NCBI GenBank assembly: GCA_964618785.1
Contig: CAZUCY010000001.1
Span: 54,169-118,168 of the forward strand
Length of the DNA stretch: 64,000 bases
Origin: an uncultured Ignavibacteriaceae bacterium
Lineage (GTDB): Bacteria > Bacteroidota > Ignavibacteria > Ignavibacteriales > Ignavibacteriaceae
Direction: 5' to 3'
Under the pieces are notes generated by a model that saw only the letters and a list, made by a program, of their open reading frames with translations, did not search any database and was not told the origin of the DNA. Position 1 is the first letter of the stretch, and each line of letters starts with the position of its first letter. This document shows, in pieces, positions 9,764 to 18,645 of the stretch. A program made the translations under genes and the position numbers.

Positions 9764-9865
9764 AATCGTGTAAAAGTATCCGGTAAAAAATAATTACTAA
9801 AAGTAAGGAGTTTAGATATTAATCTTGTTGAATCAAAATATTCCAAATACGCCCTTGTCAGGGAA

Positions 9866-10834
9866 ATGATGGAGACAGTAGAAGTCGTAAAGCAATTTAA
9901 TTCCGGTCAAACTTCAGAAGTTGCAAAAAAGATTAAATCAATTGGACGATTATTATTTACCGGTGAAGGTTCGAGCAGGATATTTCCCGCAAAAAATGCG
10001 ATTAGTAAAGCTCATGCATGGGGTATGGATTTAGATGTCATAACTGAGGGTTCAAGTCAGGCAATGTCTTATGATTTATCAAAATTTGCAATATTTTGTG
10101 CTTCTAATTCGGGAAGAACTAAAGAAGTAATTTCACTTTCAAAGAGGCTTGCCGAAAAGGGAAATGAAAATCTCTTTGCCCTGACTGCTAATACAGGTAC
10201 TATCCTTGAAGATACATGCAATGAAACATTTGTTTTAAAGTGTGGTTGGGAAAAAGCGGTTGCTGCAACAAAAAGCGTTATTGAACAAGCGCTATTCTAT
10301 GAATCAATTTTGTGGAATATATTAAACATTAAAAACAAAATAGAAAATTGCGGATTAAGCGGCAAAATAAAGCAGTCGTTAACTCTGCCTATAGAAAAAA
10401 GTATTATTAATGATGCTGTCCGTGCCCCGATTATTTATTTCTCGGGTTGTAATGATGGTGTAGCTGAGGAGTTGACGCTCAAGACAAATGAAATAACCAG
10501 GAAAAAATCGGATTTTCTGGAAGGTACTTATGCAGTGCATGGAATTGAAGAGGTTCTGGATAAGGATGATATTGTTTTCCTGGTAGATCCAATTGTTGAA
10601 GAAATTGAAAAATTTCAAAAAGTTCTCGTTGACGGCGTTGGGCTAAGAGTTGTGGCTATTGCTTCAAGAGAGACGCCATTTACTACAATTCGTGTTCCGG
10701 ATGCAGGGGAGATGAACCCTTACTTGTTTTTATGTGCTGGATGGAATTTATTGGTTGAAATAGGCTTAGCTGCAGGAATCAATCTCGATAAACCTAAACG
10801 TGCCCGAAAAGTTGGTAATGAATGGACAGTATAG
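9866..10834 (+). CDS. Double-SIS-domain sugar-phosphate isomerase/deaminase (GlmS-isomerase / AgaS / NagB-II / FrlB family)
   Basis: TGEGSSRIFPAKNA (like CGTSyhA), ASNSGRTKEVISL (like SQSGETaD) and GWEKAVAATKSVIEQ (like GpEigVAsTKaft.Q). 322 aa. Confidence 0.7.
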   Translation: MMETVEVVKQFNSGQTSEVAKKIKSIGRLLFTGEGSSRIFPAKNAISKAHAWGMDLDVITEGSSQAMSYDLSKFAIFCASNSGRTKEVISLSKRLAEKGNENLFALTANTGTILEDTCNETFVLKCGWEKAVAATKSVIEQALFYESILWNILNIKNKIENCGLSGKIKQSLTLPIEKSIINDAVRAPIIYFSGCNDGVAEELTLKTNEITRKKSDFLEGTYAVHGIEEVLDKDDIVFLVDPIVEEIEKFQKVLVDGVGLRVVAIASRETPFTTIRVPDAGEMNPYLFLCAGWNLLVEIGLAAGINLDKPKRARKVGNEWTV

Positions 10835-10903
10835 TTCGATTTTAGCGTCACTCCAATAAAATAATTTCAAGAAATAGATTACTATTAAAAATAGGAGGTC
10901 GAA

Positions 10904-13900
10904 ATGAACTACCGCTGTGTCCCAAAGTTTTTTATTGTTTCATTTTTACTTCTGATCTATTCTTTTACACTACAGATTTTTGCGCAGGAACATTGGATCA
11001 ACGGTTTCTCTAAATATATTGCCGGGGAAAATTTAGAATATTATTCTTGTCATCCTGATGCAAATCTTGCAATCTTAATAAGATGTTTAAACAATAAAGA
11101 TTATATTGAGTGGGAGACAGATGCAGTTCCCCAAAACTATACTTCCGGGATGGTTACTTTTATATGGATCGGCGGCTACGCTGTCGGCGGTTCAGATGCG
11201 CCGCGAACCTTTTCAATGTCTGTAAATGATAAGCCTGTTTTTCTTATTCATACCTCTCCTAACGATAAAAGAAAAGAGTGGAATATTATTAACGGTGAAT
11301 CACAGCTTAATTTTAAATTAGGAAAGATAGTCAGGCACGGCGATTTCTTTGGCTATTTTTGTCTATCTGTGCCGTTAAAAGAATTAACCCCCGGCAGAAC
11401 GCTTCGAATTAAAGTAAAAGGAGATGCTTCGGGCAGCAAAGACTGGTATATGACAATGCAGTATCCGCTTGTTCCGAAAATAAGAATCATCCCTGAGAAG
11501 ATTGTCAGTAAAGATGTTAATGGCAAATTATTTCAGCAGGTAAAAGTATCTATAGATCATTTTGATATAAGCGAGCCGGTAAAAATTTCCATGGACGGGA
11601 AAGAGAATTTTTCTTCCGGCTTAAAGCTTGGTATAAATGATTTCTCTTTACAATGTGAAGAGCCGGAATCGCCAATTCAAAAAATAATTCAAATAAATAT
11701 AAACGGCAGAACAACAGAGAATAAGATAACAATCAATCCCGTAAAGAAAATTACATTTTATTTAATTCCTGAAGCCCATGTTGATATAGGTTATACGGAA
11801 CTTCAGCATGAAGTTGAAAAAAAACACTGGAGAAATTTTGATAAAGCCATCCAATATTCAGAACTTTCGGCGAAATACCCTGAAGAATCTGTATTTAAAT
11901 GGAATACTGAAGCTTTATGGGCGGTTAAAAGTTATCTTGAAGAATTTCCTGAAAAGCGCTCCGGATTTATCGAAGCAGTAAAAAAAGGCTGGATGAACCT
12001 GGATGCAAACTATGCAAACATTCTTACAGGGCTTTGCAGACCCGAAGAATTATACCAAATGGTTAATTATTCGAATATTTTAGAAAAAGAAACCGGTGTA
12101 AAAATTGAAAGCGCCCTGATCTCCGATGTTCCCGGTTATACCTGGGGAATTGTACAGGCTTATGCTGACAACGGAATAAAATATTTTTCCGTTGGCCCGA
12201 ATGAGTCTGACAGGCTGGGTGATATATATAAATATTGGGGCGACAAACCCTTTTATTGGAAATCTCCATCAGGCGAAAAGAAAATTTTAGTATGGCTTGC
12301 TGCAAAAGGTTATTCATGGTTCCATCACTGGCAGTTAACGCGTGATGATTTATTACCTTTGGTTAGTTATATCAATGAACTTGATACGGAAAAATATCCG
12401 TATGATATGGTTCATGTACGCTATAATATTGGAGGCGATAACGGCTTCCCCGATTCATTACTCCCGGATTTTGTAAAGAATTGGAATGAAACTCATGAAT
12501 CGCCAAAATTCGTTTTATCTTCCACTATGAAGATGTTTAAAGATTTTGAAACCAAATACGGCTCGCAAATCCCTGTCTATTCCGGTGATTTAACTCCCTA
12601 TTGGGAAGACGGCGCTGCCTCATCTGCAAAAGAAACTGCTTTGAACAGAAATACGGCAGAACTGCTTACTCAATTGGAAACTTTATATTCTCTCTTTAAT
12701 AAGAAGATTTTTCCCCGGGATAAATTTGATGAAGCCTGGAGAAATGTTCTGTTATTTTCCGAGCATACATGGGGAGCCTGGAACAGTATTTCAGATCCTG
12801 AAAATAAACTGGTAAAAGATCTATGGGAAATAAAGAAATCATATGCCCTGAAGGCAGACAGTATTGCACAAAAACTTTATTCTGATTTCGCTTATGATGA
12901 ATCGTCAAATGATAAAATTGTTAAAAATGTGAGTATTTATAATTCTACTTCATGGACACGGGGCGATATTGTTTATATCCCTGTTAAAATAAAAACTGCT
13001 GGAGATTATATTATAGATGAAGCGGGCAAAGAAATTAAATCACAGCGGTTATCCACCGGGGAACTTGTTTTCATTGCAAACGGTATTCCTGCATTCGGCT
13101 CAAAACGATTTTCATTTATAAACAAGACAACTTCTAAAAATGAAGTAGCTCATCTCAAGAACATTACCGGATTAGATTCATTATCAAATAAATTTTATAA
13201 TTTATCTGTTGATAAGAAAACAGGCTCATTAAAAATAAATCTTATCAATGAAGGCAATTACCCTCTTTCAGACTGCAGTAATACTTATGGATTGAATGGA
13301 TTTGTTTACACTGGGAAGAATGCTGAAAACCCGGAGTCAAACGGGAAGATTACAATAATTCAAAAGGAAAGCGGACCTGTTCTTAACTCATTTCTAATTC
13401 AATCCGATGCGCCCGGATGCAATAAATTAACCCGTGAGGTTAAATTGTTTTCTGATCTTGAAAGAATTGAAATTGTTAATACAATTGATAAGAAAATGAT
13501 TTATACAAAAGAAAATGTCAGATTTGTATTTCCATTTAATATTCCTAATCCCGAAACAAGAATAGACCTTGCATGGTGTGTGATCCGCCCGGAAATAGAT
13601 CAGCTTCCCGGGGCGAATAAAAACTATTACACCGTTCAACGCTGGATTGATGTATCGAACAATCAAATTGGAGCTACTCTGGCAACTATTGACGCTCCTT
13701 TTGTTGAGGTCGGAGGTATGAACGCAGAAGCGTGGATGTCTGACGGGAAATGGAACGCTAAATCTTCTTCATCTTCTTTAATTTATTCATGGGTAATGAA
13801 CAATTCGTGGCATACTAACTACAGAGCTGCACAGGAAGGCATTGTTACTTTCAGGTATACTCTTTGTCCTCATGCTAAATTTGATTATTTGAAAGCTTAC

Positions 13901-14230
13901 CGTTTTGGGGTAGAACAAAGCCAGCCGCTTATGGCTGTTTTCAAAGATAAAATAATGGAAAATACTTCTTCAATTTTAGGTCTTAACGGGAATTCCAAAA
14001 TTGTTTCGACAATTTTTAAGCCGGCTCGGTATGGTAATGCGTTTTTATTAAGAGTATATAACCCAACTAATATAATTTCAACAACGGGTATTGAATTGAA
14101 AAATAAGTCGGAATATAAACTTTATCTTAGTAATGGAGATGAAGATGAAATTTCAAAAATAACGGACAAAATTGAACTTAAGCCCTTTGAAGTAAAAACG
14201 ATAAAAATAAAACATATAGATAATCACTGA
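10904..14230 (+). CDS. Secreted GH38-like alpha-mannosidase-related protein with a long N-terminal extension
   Basis: AGGAGG upstream of ATG 10904. Signal peptide ends ...LQIFAQE. FYLIPEAHVDIGYT aligns with the GH38 H-S-H-x-D-x-G-W/Y metal-binding motif (first His replaced by Glu). ALISDVPGYTWG aligns with the D-x-F-G-h nucleophile region. 1108 aa with about 280 aa ahead of the core. Confidence 0.55.
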   Translation: MNYRCVPKFFIVSFLLLIYSFTLQIFAQEHWINGFSKYIAGENLEYYSCHPDANLAILIRCLNNKDYIEWETDAVPQNYTSGMVTFIWIGGYAVGGSDAPRTFSMSVNDKPVFLIHTSPNDKRKEWNIINGESQLNFKLGKIVRHGDFFGYFCLSVPLKELTPGRTLRIKVKGDASGSKDWYMTMQYPLVPKIRIIPEKIVSKDVNGKLFQQVKVSIDHFDISEPVKISMDGKENFSSGLKLGINDFSLQCEEPESPIQKIIQININGRTTENKITINPVKKITFYLIPEAHVDIGYTELQHEVEKKHWRNFDKAIQYSELSAKYPEESVFKWNTEALWAVKSYLEEFPEKRSGFIEAVKKGWMNLDANYANILTGLCRPEELYQMVNYSNILEKETGVKIESALISDVPGYTWGIVQAYADNGIKYFSVGPNESDRLGDIYKYWGDKPFYWKSPSGEKKILVWLAAKGYSWFHHWQLTRDDLLPLVSYINELDTEKYPYDMVHVRYNIGGDNGFPDSLLPDFVKNWNETHESPKFVLSSTMKMFKDFETKYGSQIPVYSGDLTPYWEDGAASSAKETALNRNTAELLTQLETLYSLFNKKIFPRDKFDEAWRNVLLFSEHTWGAWNSISDPENKLVKDLWEIKKSYALKADSIAQKLYSDFAYDESSNDKIVKNVSIYNSTSWTRGDIVYIPVKIKTAGDYIIDEAGKEIKSQRLSTGELVFIANGIPAFGSKRFSFINKTTSKNEVAHLKNITGLDSLSNKFYNLSVDKKTGSLKINLINEGNYPLSDCSNTYGLNGFVYTGKNAENPESNGKITIIQKESGPVLNSFLIQSDAPGCNKLTREVKLFSDLERIEIVNTIDKKMIYTKENVRFVFPFNIPNPETRIDLAWCVIRPEIDQLPGANKNYYTVQRWIDVSNNQIGATLATIDAPFVEVGGMNAEAWMSDGKWNAKSSSSSLIYSWVMNNSWHTNYRAAQEGIVTFRYTLCPHAKFDYLKAYRFGVEQSQPLMAVFKDKIMENTSSILGLNGNSKIVSTIFKPARYGNAFLLRVYNPTNIISTTGIELKNKSEYKLYLSNGDEDEISKITDKIELKPFEVKTIKIKHIDNH

Positions 14231-14401
14231 ACGTTAGGAGATCAATACCGGGTTTCACTCAATTCCTATAAATTGAATTGAAAATCAAAAAATATTTATT
14301 ATTATATTACGGTTGGTTTTTGTAGCTGTAAAGCTTCCCGTATTTTAAACATTGGGAAAACTGATTTAATAATAAAAAGTCAAGTTGTGATTATTAGAGC
14401 A

Positions 14402-17400
14402 ATGCATATTGTAACTAGAATAATACTGTTAACGGTTTTTTTACCTATAAGTATTAATACTCTGAACGCATCAGGTAGTTATAAACCTCAAATAGCCGAA
14501 CCTATTACAGAGACCTGGAGATGGCAAAATTTCCCGGAATTAAGCGGAAGAGGATGCCAATGTATGGTAGAAATGAGTAATGGAACTTTATATTTTGGTG
14601 TCAATGGCGGAATAATGCAATATGATGGTCTGAAATGGAAATATTTTCAAATAGATACCGACTATGCTGATATTCCGGTTGTTACATTATGCGTCGCTTC
14701 TAACGGAATAATATATGCCGGTACATCAAAAGGAATAAAAACTTTTAAAAATGGCAAGTGGGGAAGTATCAGGTTGGAACTTGACTTCGGAGATCCCAGC
14801 GATTTCCCCTATAATAAATTTCCGATTATTGAAACTTCCGATCAAAGTATTTGGATAGGTGCGCGCCAGGGCGTTCTTCGCATTAAAAACGGCAAGATCA
14901 ATTTGTACAGGGAAGATAAGAATTATACAGACCTTGGGAATAAGAATAATAAATATTATAATTTACGAAATCTTCCTTCATTTGATATTTATAGTATTTT
15001 TGAAGATAATACCGGTAAAATCTGGTTCGGATTACGGAATGGAAGGATTTTTAATTGCAGGATACCGTTCAATGATATGATCTCGAATCTTGCTTGGAAT
15101 CATGTAGATACTGAGAAGGGTTATAAAATTGCAGAGTTTCCATTAATTAAAATGGATGCATCTGGTAAAATATATATTATTAGCGGTGCAAAAGATGGTG
15201 GAATTAATATTTATAACAGGCAAAAGTGGGAGCAATTTAGCATTAAGAAAAAATTTAATGTTGATGATTTACAAAATGATATAATTCTTCTGAATGATGG
15301 ATCAATCTGTATAGGTGGGATCGGGCGTGTCTTTTTCACAAAGGATGACAAATGGGAAATGTATCAAAGAATATCGCTTCCCTTTCCTTCCAATCGATTA
15401 AGGCTATTTCAAACATCTGATAATAATCTTTGGATTATTGGTTTGAGCAATGATGTATGGCGTATTGATTTATCTTTTAACAAATGGATAACTTATAATG
15501 ATTTAAACTTTCAGGCAGAAGATAATAATGGCGATAGTTGGTTCCTGACTAATGAGGGTACAATCGTAAAGTTTATTAAAAAGACAAATTCATGGGTTCA
15601 ATATAGTCTGAATGATGGCTTGATTGATACTCCGGTTTCAATTTTTATTACAAAACAAGGAGAAATTTGGGCTGTCGGCAGCCATAATAATGTTGCTGCA
15701 ACAGCTTACTTTAACGGTAAAAAATGGATTAAACAGCTCCTTCCCAAATTGTCCTGGGGAATTGATAGGAGGGCTGTTTTAGAGGCGATGGACGGTTCAC
15801 TTTGGTTCGGAACATGTTCTGATTTTGATATTAGTAAAGGTCAAATGGGCGGTCTTGTTAGATATAAGAGATCACCGAATTCCAATAATTCAAAATTTGA
15901 ATATGAATATTATCCAAGTAATGAAAGTTTTAGATTATATGGTATCTACGGAATTGGGCAATCTTCAGATCAGGACATTTGGGTTGGTCAGCTGGGATTT
16001 TATCGGCTGAATCATATTTCATACAAATGGGACAAAATATCTGAGCCTATGGGCTTAGGCCAAAATTTTGTCGATTGTATTCAATCAAGTTTAAACGGAG
16101 ATGTCTGGGTAGGAACCCGGACCAACGGATTATTCCATCTGGACAGTAAAGTACATAGATGGCTGCAGTACACTACTAAAAACGGTCTTTTAAGTAATAC
16201 TATTTTAGATATTAGTTGCCAACCCAATGGCAATGTTTGGATAGCTACTGACCGTGAAATTTCTCATTTTGACAATTCAAATTGGACCAACGATGTATTC
16301 CCCGGTGTATTCAAGTACATGCGTGATGGTATTACAATCAGGTCTACCAAAGATGGTAGTCTTTGGGTAAATCTAAGCCCTTCTGTGTGGTACCGAAGGT
16401 CTTTGTACAAAGACCGTTTCCCGGGCAATGATTACAGAGATTTTAAAACAACTCGATATCATCCCGATAAATTACTGCCAGCCACAGAAATTACTTTTTC
16501 ATTAAATCGTGTTTCGCAGCCAGGAGATGTTATATTATCCTGGGATGCAAATAATCCTTGGAAAACAACACCAACTGACCAGATTCAATATTCATATCGT
16601 TTTGATGACGGTCAATGGTCGCCATATTCTGGGAAAAAGAGTGAAATATTTCTATCTTTAGCAAGTGGGCAGCATATCTTTGAAGTTAAATCCCGCAACA
16701 GAGATATGAATGTAGACCCCACTCCCGCCAAGGTTAGTTTTTATGTTGAACCCCCTATCTGGATGGCTCCATGGTTTATTTTTCTTATTCTGAGTTTCCT
16801 TGTTACCATTACTTCATTTATTATTCATCTTTATCATAGAAATAAAATAATCCAGGAATTATCAGAAACAAGAGCCCGCTTATTTACAAATATATCGCAT
16901 GAACTAAGAACACCTTTAACGCTGATTTTAGGGGCGCTTGCCAAAATTCTTAAAATGTCGGAAATAAATAAAGAAATTCGGCAGCCGTTAAATTTAATGC
17001 AAAGAAATTCTCAAAGGTTATTGAGGCTTATAAATCAAATCCTTGATTATAGAAAAATTGAAGCAGGACAAATGAAATTTGAACCGAGCAAAGGAGATAT
17101 TGTTAACTTCATTCATGAAGAGTTTCTTTCTTTTATTAACGAAGCCGAAGCAAAAAAGATTGATATAAGTTTTCAAACCGAAATAGAACATTTGGATATT
17201 TGGTTCGATCCTGATAAAATTGAAAAAATTATATTCAATCTTCTTTCCAATGCTTTAAAATTTACTCCGTCTGGTAAAACTGTTGCTGTTGAGATTAACA
17301 TTATCAATAAAGGAAATGAAAAAACTATTCATTTGAGCCATAATAATTCCATTAAAATAAATGACTGGCTTTGCATCATTGTCCGGGATACAGGGATTGG

Positions 17401-18469
17401 AATTTCCGAGGCAGATTTGGGTAAAATATTTGACAGATTCTACCAGGCTCATGATCATGCAGCCTCAATAACCGGCGGTACCGGTATTGGACTGTCTGTC
17501 GCCAGGGAAATGGCTGCAATACATTACGGAGAGATCGTTGCAGAAAGTACTCTGGATGTTGGAACTACTTTTTATGTTAAAATTCCCATTTTAAATCAGG
17601 CTATGATAGACGGTATTGTAAACTTCGGTATAATTGACAAATCTGATTACATTGTTGACGTGCGGTCTTCGACAGAAAACGATAATGTGAAATTCGAAAA
17701 AGACTATGGTAAAAATAAGATATTAATAATTGAAGATAATGCTGATATGCGGCAATTTATCAGAAGTGACTTGAATAGAGATTATGAAATTATGGAAGCC
17801 ATAGATGGAATGGATGGTTTTGAAAAGACGCTGTCTTTTGATCCTGATTTGATAATAAGTGATATTATGATGCCGCAAATGGATGGAATTGAACTTTGTA
17901 AGAAAATTAAACTGGATGAGCGGACCAGCCATATTCCTGTAATTTTATTAACTGCCCGTTCTTCGCGGGAAAATATGCTCGCAGGATTGGAAACCGGAGC
18001 AGATGACTATCTAGGTAAACCTTTTAATAGCGATGAATTGAAATTAAGAATACATAATATTATTGAGACGCGTAATAAAATTCGTGAAAAATTTGGTAAT
18101 TTGTTAAAAATTGAACCCAATAGTATTGCAATTACATCAGTTGATCAAAAATTAATTGAAAAAGCTATAGAGATAATTGAGCAGCATATGGATGATGCTG
18201 ATTTCAATGTTGAAACATTTAGCAGTCTTTTGGCAATGAATCGTGTTACTTTATATAATAAAATGAAATCGTTGACTAATCTTTCACCCCGTGAATTTTA
18301 TACTATTATTAGATTAAAGAGAGCAGGGCAGCTGTTAAAAGAGTCCGGGCTTACAATTACAGAAATCGCTTACAATGTTGGATTTAAAGATTCTTCACAT
18401 TTTAGTAAATTATTTAAAAAACAATTTGGCATGTCTCCAAAAGAGTTTATGAAAAAGCCCAATATCTGA
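14402..18469 (+). CDS. Hybrid two-component system sensor kinase/response regulator with AraC-type output (HTCS), copy 1
   Basis: Signal/TM segment followed by about 750 aa of periplasmic beta-propeller-type repeats (..G.IWFG...G...). Then a Y_Y_Y-like segment (IQYSYRFDDGQWSPY), a TM span, the H-box NISHELRTPLT, HATPase G-boxes (DTGIGI, GGTGIGLS), a receiver (ILIIEDN...DLIISDIMMPQMDG...K) and an AraC HTH (ITEIAYNVGFKDSSHFSKLFKKQFGMSPKEF). ATG 14402 is preferred over GTG 14387 by alignment to copy 2. Confidence 0.9.
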   Translation: MHIVTRIILLTVFLPISINTLNASGSYKPQIAEPITETWRWQNFPELSGRGCQCMVEMSNGTLYFGVNGGIMQYDGLKWKYFQIDTDYADIPVVTLCVASNGIIYAGTSKGIKTFKNGKWGSIRLELDFGDPSDFPYNKFPIIETSDQSIWIGARQGVLRIKNGKINLYREDKNYTDLGNKNNKYYNLRNLPSFDIYSIFEDNTGKIWFGLRNGRIFNCRIPFNDMISNLAWNHVDTEKGYKIAEFPLIKMDASGKIYIISGAKDGGINIYNRQKWEQFSIKKKFNVDDLQNDIILLNDGSICIGGIGRVFFTKDDKWEMYQRISLPFPSNRLRLFQTSDNNLWIIGLSNDVWRIDLSFNKWITYNDLNFQAEDNNGDSWFLTNEGTIVKFIKKTNSWVQYSLNDGLIDTPVSIFITKQGEIWAVGSHNNVAATAYFNGKKWIKQLLPKLSWGIDRRAVLEAMDGSLWFGTCSDFDISKGQMGGLVRYKRSPNSNNSKFEYEYYPSNESFRLYGIYGIGQSSDQDIWVGQLGFYRLNHISYKWDKISEPMGLGQNFVDCIQSSLNGDVWVGTRTNGLFHLDSKVHRWLQYTTKNGLLSNTILDISCQPNGNVWIATDREISHFDNSNWTNDVFPGVFKYMRDGITIRSTKDGSLWVNLSPSVWYRRSLYKDRFPGNDYRDFKTTRYHPDKLLPATEITFSLNRVSQPGDVILSWDANNPWKTTPTDQIQYSYRFDDGQWSPYSGKKSEIFLSLASGQHIFEVKSRNRDMNVDPTPAKVSFYVEPPIWMAPWFIFLILSFLVTITSFIIHLYHRNKIIQELSETRARLFTNISHELRTPLTLILGALAKILKMSEINKEIRQPLNLMQRNSQRLLRLINQILDYRKIEAGQMKFEPSKGDIVNFIHEEFLSFINEAEAKKIDISFQTEIEHLDIWFDPDKIEKIIFNLLSNALKFTPSGKTVAVEINIINKGNEKTIHLSHNNSIKINDWLCIIVRDTGIGISEADLGKIFDRFYQAHDHAASITGGTGIGLSVAREMAAIHYGEIVAESTLDVGTTFYVKIPILNQAMIDGIVNFGIIDKSDYIVDVRSSTENDNVKFEKDYGKNKILIIEDNADMRQFIRSDLNRDYEIMEAIDGMDGFEKTLSFDPDLIISDIMMPQMDGIELCKKIKLDERTSHIPVILLTARSSRENMLAGLETGADDYLGKPFNSDELKLRIHNIIETRNKIREKFGNLLKIEPNSIAITSVDQKLIEKAIEIIEQHMDDADFNVETFSSLLAMNRVTLYNKMKSLTNLSPREFYTIIRLKRAGQLLKESGLTITEIAYNVGFKDSSHFSKLFKKQFGMSPKEFMKKPNI

Positions 18470-18503
18470 TTTAGATTATTTTTTTTATTAGAAATTAATT
18501 AAT

Positions 18504-18593
18504 ACCTCAATTCCCACTCCTTTTTCAACAAAAGTACCCAAATAATTAACGCCTATACCGGAATCTTAGTTAACATAATTCTATTTTTTGCAG
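18504..18593 (+). promoter_or_regulatory. Sequence block downstream of HTCS-1 / upstream of the TBDR that recurs downstream of HTCS-2
   Basis: ACCTC...GTACCCaAAtAATTA...ATACCggAATCT...TCTATTTTTTgcAG. The same ordered elements occur at 41179-41272. GTACCC sits 64 nt after the stop here and 66 nt after the stop there. Confidence 0.35.
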
Positions 18594-18645
18594 CGAATTT
18601 AAGTAAAATAAATGCACTATTAACAATTATTAATTAGGTAGCAAG

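Noticed and set aside
14259-14281. 7-bp hairpin TCAATTC-n9-GAATTGA just after the GH38-like stop.
   Set aside because: The stem is AT-rich and is followed by an A-rich rather than T-rich sequence, so it is not a convincing intrinsic terminator.
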